Below, piece by piece: positions 30,598-41,997 of a stretch of DNA of 64,000 nt. The position numbers and the translations under genes were made by a program. Each line of letters begins with the position of its first letter. Position 1 is the stretch's first letter. The stretch is from contig CAWJRJ010000014.1 in the NCBI GenBank assembly GCA_963845245.1, forward strand, positions 1 to 64,000, read 5' to 3'. The notes under the pieces are model-generated. The model made no database searches. It worked only from the letters and a program-made list of their open reading frames with translations, and was not told the DNA's origin. This stretch comes from Nitrospirota bacterium. Its GTDB lineage: Bacteria; Nitrospirota; JACRHJ01.

Positions 30598-32334
30598 TTA
30601 TTGTGATTCCATCAGTTTTGATGCAAGTTCATGTTGTCCGTATCTATTCAGCAGGTCCGCCCCCTCTTTTTTTGACTCGCCTCTTTCAGGGCAATTAACC
30701 GCCATCTTTACAAAAACATCAAACGCATCTTGATATGCTCCAGATTCAAGGTAGGCAAAGCCGAGATTGTAATAAGCCTTGTAATTAAATCGGTTGATTT
30801 CGAGGGCTTTCAGGTACATGGGGATAGCTTTGTCAATGCTGCCTTCCTCGAAATATATGTTACCCAGATTGTTGTATGCGTTGTCAAACTCCGGGTTGAT
30901 CCGTAAAGATTCACCCAGCATCTGCTTGGCAGCCGTAGTATTGCCGATTTTACTTAAAGCCAACCCCAGGGTGTTGTATGATTTATAGCTTTTAGGGTTC
31001 AACATTATTGACTTGGTCAAGGCTTGAATAGCCTCAACATACTCCCCCTTCTCAAAAAGATAGTCGCCCAGGTTATGATACGGCCTGAAATAATCCGGGT
31101 TCTTGCTTGTAGCATCCACCCAGAGGGTACGGGGCGATGCCCAGACTGTACTTTTATTGACAGCCATGACCCCGGACAAAACTATGATGCAGAGTACAGC
31201 GATTGCGGTATATCTGACGGCAGCCTTTGTCGCGCCGACAGCCCATCTCGAGTATGCGGTTGCGATGAAGAGCATAATGCCCGCCATGGGCAGGTAGAGG
31301 CGGTACTCCACCATGCGTTCCGGCAGCGGGACTACCATTTCCGGCAGAAGGGCCAGGAACGGCCAAGCAAAAAGGCAGGCGAGGAGCCTGTCCTTTTTGA
31401 AGAAACGGGAAAAGAGCATGGACGAAACAGCTATGGTAGCAACCCCCGTCAGAAACCAGCCATCGGTTATCCGCGCGTCCGGAACGTAATGCTCCACGCA
31501 CAGGCCGGACGGGTTTACGACAAGCGCTATATACCTTGGCAGTATCGACACTTCGGCAAGCCAGTGCTGTATATAATTGTATCTTACGAGTGTCTCGCTT
31601 GCCTTGCTCAGGATGATCAGCCTTGCAGCCACAAAGATCAATGCGGCAGCCGCAAATGGAGTTATACGGGCGAAGGATCCTTTGAGTTTATTGCCCTGCT
31701 CCTTTTGGAAAAAAAGTTCAAGCAGGAAAATGACGCCTATGAACACGGGCGACGATTCCTTTGTCAGGAGCGCGCACCCGAAAAGTGCTGCCGAGGCGGC
31801 AAGAAGCCATGCCTTTTTGTCAGTCCGGTATTTTATATAAAACAAAAAGGAGCCCAGACAGAAGAAGGTCATGATGAGCACGCTTCTTGCCGAGAGGTAT
31901 ATCACAGATTGGGTCAACACCGGGTGGACGCAGAACAGTGCTGCAAACAGGAGCGCTACGGCCCTGTTTTCGTTCTTTGTCAGTTTTTGAAGCTCAATGA
32001 TTACCAGAAATATCAAAAAGGAATTTATGATATGCAGCAGGACGTCAAAGAGGTGGTACGAGAATGTGTTTAGCCCTGAGAGATAATAGTTGATTGTGAA
32101 TGACGAGTATAGTATCGGCCTGTAAAGACCGGTGGTATCATTTTCCCCGGTCGGGCTCAATGTGGTAAAAAAACTTGGTATGCTTGACAGATACCGCAGG
32201 GTCGGGTTTTCTATTATGACATTCTGGTCGTCGAACACAAACGGATAATTAAGCGTCCGGCCATAGAGTGCGAATGCCAGCAAGGCCAGCACAAAAAATG
32301 GTAAAGCATATTTTTTTATCATTGCTAAAGTCAT
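30598..32334 (-). CDS. TMTC-like GT-C membrane glycosyltransferase with C-terminal TPRs (tandem copy 2; start may be 32322)
   Basis: FVFDD, YRP, HPVLTQSV..ARS, LLTKES, EYRLYLP, multiple TMs, then TPRs. Confidence 0.8.
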   Translation of the reverse strand: MTLAMIKKYALPFFVLALLAFALYGRTLNYPFVFDDQNVIIENPTLRYLSSIPSFFTTLSPTGENDTTGLYRPILYSSFTINYYLSGLNTFSYHLFDVLLHIINSFLIFLVIIELQKLTKNENRAVALLFAALFCVHPVLTQSVIYLSARSVLIMTFFCLGSFLFYIKYRTDKKAWLLAASAALFGCALLTKESSPVFIGVIFLLELFFQKEQGNKLKGSFARITPFAAAALIFVAARLIILSKASETLVRYNYIQHWLAEVSILPRYIALVVNPSGLCVEHYVPDARITDGWFLTGVATIAVSSMLFSRFFKKDRLLACLFAWPFLALLPEMVVPLPERMVEYRLYLPMAGIMLFIATAYSRWAVGATKAAVRYTAIAVLCIIVLSGVMAVNKSTVWASPRTLWVDATSKNPDYFRPYHNLGDYLFEKGEYVEAIQALTKSIMLNPKSYKSYNTLGLALSKIGNTTAAKQMLGESLRINPEFDNAYNNLGNIYFEEGSIDKAIPMYLKALEINRFNYKAYYNLGFAYLESGAYQDAFDVFVKMAVNCPERGESKKEGADLLNRYGQHELASKLMESQ

Positions 32335-34058
32335 TGCACTTCCATCAGCCTTGATGCAAGTTCAGGTTGTCCGTATTTGTTTAGCAGATCTGCGCCCTCT
32401 TTTTTTGATTCGCCTCTTTCCGGGCAATTAACCACCATCTTTACAAAAACATCAAACGCATCTTGATATGCTCCAGATTCAAGATAGGCAACGCCGAGAT
32501 TGTGATATGTCTTGTAATCAAATCGGTTTATTTCTAGGGCTTTCTTGTACATTGGGATAGCTTTATCAATGCTGCCTTCCTCAAAATAGATGTTACCCAG
32601 ATTGCCGTACGCGCTTTCAAACTCCGGGTTGATCCGTAAAGATTCACCCAACATCTCCTTGGCAGTCGTGTTATTCCCGATTTTACTTAAAGCCAACCCC
32701 AAGGTGTTGTAGGATTGATAGCTTTTAGGGTCCAGCATTATCGACCTGGTCAAGGCCCGGATAGCCTCAACATACTCCCCGTTATCAAAAAGATATTGAC
32801 CTAGATTGTGGTATGGCCTTGCTATAACGTCCGGGTACTTGTTTATTGCGTCCTCCCAGAGGGTACGGGGCGATGCCCAGACTGTACTTTTATTGACAGC
32901 CATGACCCCTGACAAAACTATGATGCAGAGTACAGCGATTGCGGTATATCTGACGGCAGCCTTTGTAGCGCCGACAGCCCATCTCGAGTATGCGGTAGCG
33001 ATGAAGAGCATAATGCCAGCCATGGGCAGGTAGAGGCGGTACTCCACCATGCGTTCAGGCAGCGGGACTACCATCTCCGGCAGAAGGGCCAGGAACGGCC
33101 ATGCAAAAAGGCAGGCGAGGAGCCTGTCCTTTTTGAAGAAACGGGAAAAGAGCATGGACGAAACAGCTATGGTAGCAACCCCCGTCAGAAACCAGCCATC
33201 GGTTATCCGCGCGTCCGGAACGTAATGCTCCACGCACAGGCCGGACGGGTTTACGACAAGCGCTATATACCTTGGCAGTATCGACACTTCGGCAAGCCAG
33301 TGCTGTATATAATTGTATCTTACGAGTGTCTCGCTTGCCTTGCTCAGGATGATCAGCCTTGCAGCCACAAAGATCAATGCGGCAGCCGCAAATGGAGTTA
33401 TACGGGCGAAGGATCCTTTGAGTTTATTGCCCTGCTCCTTTTGGAAAAAAAGTTCAAGCAGGAATATAACGCCTATGAACACGGGCGACGATTCCTTTGT
33501 CAGGAGCGCGCACCCGAAAAGGGCTGCCGAGGCGGCAAGAAGCCACGCCTTTTTGTCAGTCCGGTATTTTATATAAAACAAAAAGGAGCCCAGACAGAAG
33601 AAGGTCATGATGAGCACGCTTCTTGCCGAGAGGTATATCACAGATTGGGTCAACACCGGGTGGACGCAGAACAGTGCTGCAAACAGGAGCGCTACGGCCC
33701 TGTTTTCGTTCTTTGTCAGTTTTTGAAGCTCAATGATTACCAGAAATATCAAAAAGGAATTTATGATATGCAGCAGGACGTCAAAGAGGTGGTACGAAAA
33801 TGTGTTTAGCCCTGAGAGATAATAGTTGATCGTGAATGACGAGTATAGTATCGGCCTGTATAGACCGGTAAAGTCATTTTCCCCGGCCGGGCTCAGCGTG
33901 GCAAAAAACCTTGGTATGTTCGACAGATACCGCAGAGTCGGGTTTTCGATTATGACATTGTGGTCGTCGAACACGAACGGATAATTAAGCGTCCGGCCAT
34001 AGACTGCAAATACCAGTAAGGTTAGCACAAATATGGGTAGTAAAAACTTTTTAAACAT
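32331..34058 (-). CDS. TMTC-like GT-C membrane glycosyltransferase with C-terminal TPRs (tandem copy 1)
   Basis: Same motifs; central region identical in protein to copy 2. Confidence 0.8.
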   Translation of the reverse strand: MFKKFLLPIFVLTLLVFAVYGRTLNYPFVFDDHNVIIENPTLRYLSNIPRFFATLSPAGENDFTGLYRPILYSSFTINYYLSGLNTFSYHLFDVLLHIINSFLIFLVIIELQKLTKNENRAVALLFAALFCVHPVLTQSVIYLSARSVLIMTFFCLGSFLFYIKYRTDKKAWLLAASAALFGCALLTKESSPVFIGVIFLLELFFQKEQGNKLKGSFARITPFAAAALIFVAARLIILSKASETLVRYNYIQHWLAEVSILPRYIALVVNPSGLCVEHYVPDARITDGWFLTGVATIAVSSMLFSRFFKKDRLLACLFAWPFLALLPEMVVPLPERMVEYRLYLPMAGIMLFIATAYSRWAVGATKAAVRYTAIAVLCIIVLSGVMAVNKSTVWASPRTLWEDAINKYPDVIARPYHNLGQYLFDNGEYVEAIRALTRSIMLDPKSYQSYNTLGLALSKIGNNTTAKEMLGESLRINPEFESAYGNLGNIYFEEGSIDKAIPMYKKALEINRFDYKTYHNLGVAYLESGAYQDAFDVFVKMVVNCPERGESKKEGADLLNKYGQPELASRLMEVQ

Positions 34059-34062
34059 TACT

Positions 34063-34500
34063 TCAGGAAAACTCTAGCATTGCTATCCCTGTCTTCTCGT
34101 TGACCTTTTTGGCTGCGTTTATCCCCGTAATCTCAAGTAGCATCGCCTCCACCACCAGAAACACGCAGTCGTCTTTGCGTATGCATCCGGTGAGGGTGGT
34201 GCCGGCCTTGCCAACCGCGCCGTGCAGGTGTATCGCGGGCTCGCCGTCCTTGAGGAATACCGACCCGACGCCCAGTACTTCACGTCCGTCCGTAAAGCCC
34301 TCCCAGATAGGCTCCGGCGGAAGCACCGGCTCCTTCGGTCCGCAGACCATGCCTGCAGCACGCATCCCGCCCAGAAGGTAGAAGAAGCCGGACTTGACGC
34401 CCTCTTTTTTTGCCACCTCTATTATACCGTTGAGAAGGCTGTCGCCGTCCTCGAATTTAATTACTATCGCCCTGCCGATGTTGCCGGTACGGTACTGCAT
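34063..34500 (-). CDS. PPC (DUF296) domain protein
   Basis: GREVLGVGSV, PAIHLHGAVG, FLVVEAMLLE. Confidence 0.85.
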   Translation of the reverse strand: MQYRTGNIGRAIVIKFEDGDSLLNGIIEVAKKEGVKSGFFYLLGGMRAAGMVCGPKEPVLPPEPIWEGFTDGREVLGVGSVFLKDGEPAIHLHGAVGKAGTTLTGCIRKDDCVFLVVEAMLLEITGINAAKKVNEKTGIAMLEFS

Positions 34501-34510
34501 TAATCCCCCT

Positions 34511-35743
<1,233 letters not shown>

Positions 35744-35864
35744 TTTTTGAACTTTAATATTATCAGCCTGATCCGTTATCGGTCAAGACGTTTTATAAGT
35801 TTGCTTGTTTTTTCCCCGTCCATTTATTATAATGCCCTAAAAGAAGCCAGAAGGAGATGTGTAT

Positions 35865-36407
35865 ATGAAAGTAGCTTGTCCCGGTTGTCATTCGGTCTAC
35901 AGTGTCAAGGAAGAACTGGTCCCCGCCTCCGGAATCAGGACCAAATGCCCTAAATGCGCCGAGCTTATCACCATCGTGCCAGACCCTTCAGAGGTTTCAA
36001 ACCCGGAGGCGGATTACGCGCATACCATGATCCTCTTTAACCCTCTGCCAGCCCAGGAGGACGAGCAGTTGAGGGAGGTAAAATCGGGCCTGTCCGGGGA
36101 ACCTCATATCGTGCCTGGTTTCAAAGCGACGGTCGTGGAGGCCGATGGCTACAGTCCGGGTAAGAAATACGCAATAGTCAAGCCCGTTACCGTAATAGGC
36201 AGGAGCAAATCAGAGATCCTGCTTGACGACCCCGAGGTGTCCAGGAGGCATGCCGCCATCGAGGTTTATGGTGAGAAGGTGGTCATAAAAGACCTCGGCA
36301 GCACGAACGGTACTTTCCTGAACGGTCTCGGCATAAAAATGGCTATCATCAAGGACGGAGATGTGGTCCAGGTTGGCAATACGACGTTAAAGGTGCAGTT
36401 CAGCTGA
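35865..36407 (+). CDS. Zinc-ribbon (MJ0042-like) plus FHA domain protein
   Basis: CPGC..CPKC; FHA motifs IGRS, VSRRHA, DLGSTNGTFLN. Confidence 0.9.
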   Translation: MKVACPGCHSVYSVKEELVPASGIRTKCPKCAELITIVPDPSEVSNPEADYAHTMILFNPLPAQEDEQLREVKSGLSGEPHIVPGFKATVVEADGYSPGKKYAIVKPVTVIGRSKSEILLDDPEVSRRHAAIEVYGEKVVIKDLGSTNGTFLNGLGIKMAIIKDGDVVQVGNTTLKVQFS

Positions 36408-37824
36408 AGTCCGTCTTTGCGGGCATCGACAGTGTAACGGTCGTGCCTTTCCCGCTTCCGCTCTCTATGAAAACCCGGCCTCCATGGAAACGCAGTATCG
36501 AGTCTACTATGGAAAGGCCCATACCCGTACCCTCCTCTTTTGTAGTGAAGAACGGGTCGAAGAGCCTGTCCATGCATTCCTTGGGTATTCCATGCCCGCT
36601 ATCCCTGAATTCGGCGTAGAAATGGCGGCAATCGACAGAGTCGGCTGAGGATGAATTCATTCCGGTCTTTATCGAGAGTGCGCCGCCTGAAGGCATGGCC
36701 TGGAAGGCGTTTATCATTACGTTAAGGAATGCCTGCTTCATGCGTTTTTCGTCGAGGACCATCTCTGGGACCTGGCCGTCCAGATTGGCGGTGATTTTTA
36801 TACCTTGATGGTCACCCTGAAATTCAAGCATGCCAACCACTTCATCGATTAACCTGTTCGGATGCGACATGGCAAGGGCCAGTTTGGGCTGCTTCGAGTA
36901 GCTCAGGAACTCCATTACCGTTTCGTTCAGCCGTATGGCCTCCTTCTCTATGACGTCGATAAGCTTCTGCAGTTCCTTGCTCGAATGGGGTATTTCCTCT
37001 TTAAGCAGGTGCAGGTTTATAGTCAACGAATTTAGAGGGTTCTTTATCTCGTGTGCGACGCCGGCCGCGATCGCGCCCATCGACGCCAGGCGGTCAAGCT
37101 GGAGTATCTTGGCTTGAGCCTCCTTAAGCTCGCGGTTCAACAGCTCAAGGGTGGACACCTTCTCTTCGAGTGTATGGTAAAGCTTGGAGTTCTCAAGGGC
37201 GATCGCTGCGAGGTTTCCGAATATGGTCAGCGTTTTCAGCCGGGTGTCGTCTATTGAACGGTCTCCGCCCGGAGACTCTACGGCCATTACGCCCAAAACC
37301 TTCTTTTTGGATAAAAGTGGGATAAAAGCCACCTGCGGCGAGGAAAGCAGTGGAGCGAACTCAGGGTGGATGTTGTCTTTGCCGGTTGTACTGTCCTTGA
37401 TGAGCCTGGGACGGCGGCTTATCACGGTTTGAACCGGATAACCGGTCCCCCGGGCCACGGGTACCGAGAAGTTTCTCACCTTGAAGTCGAAAGGCGCACG
37501 TTCAAGCAGGTCTGCGATATTTTTGCGGCCTGGGCCCGTGTCCTCTTCTTCTATCGCAGTCACGCCTTCCCAAATCTCTCTGGCCTCATCTCCTGCAAGC
37601 GGGCCCACTCCAAGCCAGCCTTCCAACGTGTTGCGTTGGTCGTTGGTTAGCATCAGATAGGCGCGGCTGTACCCGAACCCGTCATCCACAGTGAGGGAAG
37701 TGAGTATTATATAGAGTTTTTCTTCGGTGTTGAGAGGGGTCTGGAGCAGCCTGTTGATGTCGTATAGCGCCAGCAGCTCCCTGTTGGCCCTCAGCAACTC
37801 CTGGATCGGGTTTTCTTCTTTCAT
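36400..37824 (-). CDS. Cytoplasmic GAF sensor histidine kinase (NtrB-like core)
   Basis: GAF end LAAIALEN; AHEIKNPL, NAFQAM, DSGHGI, PFFTTK, GTGMGL. Confidence 0.92.
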   Translation of the reverse strand: MKEENPIQELLRANRELLALYDINRLLQTPLNTEEKLYIILTSLTVDDGFGYSRAYLMLTNDQRNTLEGWLGVGPLAGDEAREIWEGVTAIEEEDTGPGRKNIADLLERAPFDFKVRNFSVPVARGTGYPVQTVISRRPRLIKDSTTGKDNIHPEFAPLLSSPQVAFIPLLSKKKVLGVMAVESPGGDRSIDDTRLKTLTIFGNLAAIALENSKLYHTLEEKVSTLELLNRELKEAQAKILQLDRLASMGAIAAGVAHEIKNPLNSLTINLHLLKEEIPHSSKELQKLIDVIEKEAIRLNETVMEFLSYSKQPKLALAMSHPNRLIDEVVGMLEFQGDHQGIKITANLDGQVPEMVLDEKRMKQAFLNVMINAFQAMPSGGALSIKTGMNSSSADSVDCRHFYAEFRDSGHGIPKECMDRLFDPFFTTKEEGTGMGLSIVDSILRFHGGRVFIESGSGKGTTVTLSMPAKTDFS

Positions 37825-37902
37825 TGTACGACTCGATTTGCTGGAATTTCATACAATGATAGCATAAAACCCGGAGCCCGGCAAAGTGAGCGAGGGCAAA
37901 GC

Positions 37903-39276
37903 TTATCCTACCTCGTCGTACTCCCTTATCCTGAGAGGGACGCCCAGTTCTTCCTCTGCCACCCTGCGGCAGGCGGCCAGGTCGACGCCCGGCATCGCGA
38001 GGGCGGTCACGACAACCTCCGGGACATACTTTTTCGCCCTGCGCACAAACTCCTTCAGGCTTTCGTAGGAACCTTCCCCTATCAGGGGCCGGCATATCTC
38101 GTTGTACTGCTCCTCGTAGGGGGAGTTAAGGCTTACCGAAAGCGCATCCACGAGCCCGGCAATCTCGGGGAGTATGTCTCTTTTGTGTATCATCAGGGCA
38201 TGTCCGTTCGTGTTGACCCGCACCCGCACCCCTTTCTCCTTTACATGAGCCGAGACCGCCTTTATGATGTCAAGCCTCAGGAACGGTTCGCCATAACCGC
38301 AGAAGACGACCTCCCTGTACTTTTCGAAGCCTTCCATTGCGGACAGTATCTCGGAAAGTTCCGGGTCGCGTCGAAGCCTCAGGTTGTGGCCTTTGACGAA
38401 GTCGGTCGTGTTCCTGGCGCAGAAGGAACAGGCGTTGGTGCATCGGTTGGTTATGTTGAGATAAAGCGAGTCTCTTATGGGGTAGGCTATCGCGGCGTCC
38501 GTGTTTGCCGCTTCAACCCCGAAAAGGGTCAGTGCGTTATGCGTCGTTATGCGGGCTATGTCCTCCGGGCTCAAGCCCTTAAGGCCCGCCAGGACGTCCA
38601 CCACGTAAGGAAGATATGATGGCTCGTTCCTCTTCCCCCTCAGCGGGTGTGGGGCAAGGTAGGGGCAGTCCGTCTCAAGAAGTATCTTCTCGATCGGCAC
38701 GGTCTTTATCGTTTCACGCAACTCATCGGCCTTCTTGAAAGTCAACGAGCCTCCGACGGATATGTAGAAGCCCATGTCGAGCGCATGACGCGCCATAGTG
38801 GCTCCGCCTGCAAAGCAGTGCAACGTGCCGCCTGCTTTTGCCGCGTCTTCCGACCTCATAATCTCGATGGTGTCTTCTTCGGCCTCCCGGGAGTGTATTA
38901 TCAGAGGCTTGCCGATATCCCTGGCGAGGTTGATCTGCCTTGCAAAATGAAGACGCTGGGTCTCCCTGGGTGAGAGGTCGTAGTGATAGTCAAGCCCGGT
39001 CTCGCCGATGGCGACCGCCTTCTTCCTTGAAGCAAGCTCACGCAGAGCCTCGTAGTCGGCATCCGTCACGTCCTTTACGTCGTGGGGGTGGAACCCTGGT
39101 GTGAAATACAGGTTATCGTACTTTTCTGCAAGCCCCGCCGCGCGCAGGCTCGATGCCATGTCCGCGCCTATCGTAATAATATAGCCTACCCCGGCATCTG
39201 CCGCCCTTAGAAGCACCTCCGGCAGGTCGTCATTGAAATCCTTCATGTCAAGGTGTGCGTGCGTGTCGATCAGCAA
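37903..39276 (-). CDS. tatD: TatD nuclease fused to TatD-associated radical SAM domain
   Basis: DTHAHL, IGETGLDY, HSREA, HCF, LETDCPY; C-terminal YLNITNRCTNACSFC (CxxxCxxC) and FCGYGEP. Confidence 0.92.
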   Translation of the reverse strand: MLIDTHAHLDMKDFNDDLPEVLLRAADAGVGYIITIGADMASSLRAAGLAEKYDNLYFTPGFHPHDVKDVTDADYEALRELASRKKAVAIGETGLDYHYDLSPRETQRLHFARQINLARDIGKPLIIHSREAEEDTIEIMRSEDAAKAGGTLHCFAGGATMARHALDMGFYISVGGSLTFKKADELRETIKTVPIEKILLETDCPYLAPHPLRGKRNEPSYLPYVVDVLAGLKGLSPEDIARITTHNALTLFGVEAANTDAAIAYPIRDSLYLNITNRCTNACSFCARNTTDFVKGHNLRLRRDPELSEILSAMEGFEKYREVVFCGYGEPFLRLDIIKAVSAHVKEKGVRVRVNTNGHALMIHKRDILPEIAGLVDALSVSLNSPYEEQYNEICRPLIGEGSYESLKEFVRRAKKYVPEVVVTALAMPGVDLAACRRVAEEELGVPLRIREYDEVG

Positions 39277-40386
39277 ATCGTCTCTCCTTGGGTATTTTGT
39301 CTGACGGGCAGGTTCACCGTGAAGGTTGTACCTTCGTTCGGCCTGCTTGCAACAGCAACATCGCCTCCGTGCGCCTCCACGAACGACTTTACGACGGCAA
39401 GGCCCAGCCCGGTGCCCTTGATGCCGGTAGTTGACGAAGACCTGTAATATCTGTCGAAGACTCGGTCAAGCTCGTTTTCCGGGATACCGTAGCCGTTGTC
39501 GGCTACTCTGTATTTCTACAAAACCGTCCCTGGTGCCGGTAAGGTTTTTAGCGGAAACCGTAACCTTCCCGCCGGTGGGTGTATATTTTATGGCGTTGTT
39601 GATCAGGTTTGTAAGCACCCTGCCGATCTTTTCCATATCTCCTTCAATATCCGGGAGGCCGGAAGCTACATCGACTTCAAGGCTCACACGCTTCTCCCTC
39701 GCCTGAAAAGACAGGTCGGATACGGTCCCATTTATCAACCCCTCAAGGGCAAATGTTTTATATGACAGTCTGAGCGTCCCAGAATCCATCCTTGCCAGGT
39801 CGAGGAATTGTTCCACCATGTCGGTGAGCTTTTTCCCGTTGGCCATTATCGACTCGACAAACTCTTTTTCCTCTGTGCCAAGGCGCGCTTGACCTCCGTC
39901 GAGCATAAGTTCCGAGTATCCCATTATGTTTGTGATGGGTGACTTTAGGTCATGAGTCAACAGGGATATATGTAGTTCCCGTTCCGCGCTCAGTTGGCGG
40001 GTGCGTTCATCCACCAGCTTTTCCAGGTTCTGGCTGTATGCCTCAAGTTGGGTATACTGCGTGGCAAGCTTTTCCACCATGGAGTTGATCGTCCCCGATA
40101 GCGCCTCAAGTTCACGGGAAGAGGTCACATGCGACCTTGCTGTAAGGTCGCCCTCCTTTATCCTCTCTGCAACCTGTTCTATCTCTTTAAGCGGATTAAG
40201 TACGAGCTTCCTCATAAGCATAAAAAGATATACCATGAGGCCGGCAGTAACGACGGCCTCAACCTCCGCGCCGGGCGTGTTCTCCCACCCGAGGTAATTA
40301 AGCCCTATGTCGGTCAAAAAAGCTGCGGCCGCGGCCGCTATAGACCATATGATAAGCTTTACCGGAAGCCTGTCCGATACCGTCAT
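39270..40386 (-). CDS. 2TM-HAMP sensor histidine kinase (frameshift ~39500)
   Basis: THDLKSP, NLINNAIKY; after the shift DNGYGIP..GTGLGLAVVKSFVEAHGG; stop overlaps tatD start. Confidence 0.88.
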
Positions 40387-41993
40387 TGAGAAATACCTTT
40401 TAAGGGTAAGGTTACAGTAAAAATGGTGCCTTCCTTAAGTATGCTCTCCACAGAGACCCGTCCCTTGTGGGCGTCCACCAGAGACTTGACCACGGCAAGA
40501 CCGAGCCCGGTACCCCTTGCCCCAGACGTAGAAGACGAGCGGTAATATCTCTCGAATACGTGCGGAAGCTCCTTGGGATCTATACCGTACCCGGTGTCCG
40601 AGACCTTTATCTCAAGGAACCGCTCTGGGCCTTCCGCCGTCTCCCTGGCGGATACCGTTACCTTGGCGCCGTTTGGCGAATATTTTATCGCATTCGAGAG
40701 GAGGTTTGTAAGAACCCGCGAGAGCCTTTCCCTGTCGGCTACGATTTCGACCGCCTCCAAAGGCAGTTCCTTGTCTATGGTTATTGCTTTCTCCGCCGCC
40801 TGGACCTGGATATCGCCTACCGCCTCGTTGATCAGATCAATAGTGTCGAACCGTGACGTCTTCAGCTCCAGCATCCCGGCCTCCATCTTGGACAGGTCAA
40901 GGTATTGTTCGACCATCTCCAGAAGCTTTTTCCCATTCCTGCTGATGGACCCTACGAATTCCGCATCCTCCTCGTCCAGGGCCTTGTCCTTCAGGAGTTC
41001 TGTGTAAACTATTATGTTCGTAAGCGGCGATTTCAGGTCGTGGGTTATAAGCGATATGAAGTCGGCCTTCCTTTTTTCGAGGAGTTTCTCCTCGGTGACG
41101 TCATAAAAAGTCTTTATCTCCCCGCTGACCTTTTGGTTATTATCCAGCACGAGGGCGCTGCTTATCTTGTAATGCCGGCCCAGTATCTCCATCTCCCTGA
41201 CCTCGCTGCAAAGCGCCAATGTCTCCTTGTAGAACGCGCAGTCGCTGCAGATGTCCTCCCGCTTCCTCTTAACGCTTACCTGTATACCCTTCCGGCAATA
41301 GGTGCCGGAGACTAGCCAGCACCGTATATCTTCGGACATATAGGCGGGGCAATCTTTGTTTTCGCAGTGGTGCACCTCCCAGCAGCGCCGGGTGGGTTTC
41401 CCCCCGCCATTTCCAAAAACCAGAGAGGTTTTTACAGGCCCGTCCGGAAGCTCGTCCACGAGCGTGCCTTTAATCTCTACGGCTTTTACGCCCCATATCT
41501 CCTCCATCATGGGGTTCACTTCCACTATCTCGCCTGCTACCGATATAAATATCACCCCGTCAGGGATGCTCTTAAAAATAGAGGAAAGCTTCTCATGCTC
41601 CACCGACAGGGCAAGGGTCCTCTCCTCGACTGTCTTTTCGAGGTTTTTGTTGAGTTCCACGAGCTGGTTGTATGATTCCGAGAGCCTCTCGATCATCCCG
41701 TTGAATGTGTCCGCAAGCTCCTTGAACTCATTAGGAGTCGATACCACCGCCCTGGCGGAAAGGTCTCCTTCAGAGACAATCCGTGCGGCCCTTTCCAACT
41801 CCCCGAGAGGCTCCATGACCCTCTTCCTAAGGTAATAGTAGGGGAAGAACAGCAGCGTCGCCGTTAGGACGGCTTCTACCACGCCTTTTCCCGAACGCTC
41901 CAGTCCCAGGTAGTCCATCAGGATATGGGCGGATATTACCACGGCCACCGTCGCCACCCAGAAAAAAGGCATTATCCTTGAAAATCTGTTCAT
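40383..41993 (-). CDS. 2TM-HAMP-PAS histidine kinase with Cys-rich two-CW insertion
   Basis: THDLKSP, NLLSNAIKY, GTGLGL; insert CWEVHHC..CPAY..CWLVSGTYC..CSDCAFY at ~41229..41390. Confidence 0.9.
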   Translation of the reverse strand: MNRFSRIMPFFWVATVAVVISAHILMDYLGLERSGKGVVEAVLTATLLFFPYYYLRKRVMEPLGELERAARIVSEGDLSARAVVSTPNEFKELADTFNGMIERLSESYNQLVELNKNLEKTVEERTLALSVEHEKLSSIFKSIPDGVIFISVAGEIVEVNPMMEEIWGVKAVEIKGTLVDELPDGPVKTSLVFGNGGGKPTRRCWEVHHCENKDCPAYMSEDIRCWLVSGTYCRKGIQVSVKRKREDICSDCAFYKETLALCSEVREMEILGRHYKISSALVLDNNQKVSGEIKTFYDVTEEKLLEKRKADFISLITHDLKSPLTNIIVYTELLKDKALDEEDAEFVGSISRNGKKLLEMVEQYLDLSKMEAGMLELKTSRFDTIDLINEAVGDIQVQAAEKAITIDKELPLEAVEIVADRERLSRVLTNLLSNAIKYSPNGAKVTVSARETAEGPERFLEIKVSDTGYGIDPKELPHVFERYYRSSSTSGARGTGLGLAVVKSLVDAHKGRVSVESILKEGTIFTVTLPLKGISQ

Positions 41994-41997
41994 GGCG

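Larger units (their letters stand above)
30598..34058. repeat. Tandem gene duplication, unit ~1.73 kb
   Basis: Offset 1733 nt at the 3' ends and 1736 nt at the 5' ends, i.e. a one-codon indel. Confidence 0.92.

Noticed and set aside
30598..34058. Tandem TMTC-like genes as a pure assembly duplication
   Set aside because: Differences are frame-preserving, synonymous in the core and clustered at the ends, unlike random read error; spanning reads would still be needed to close the question.
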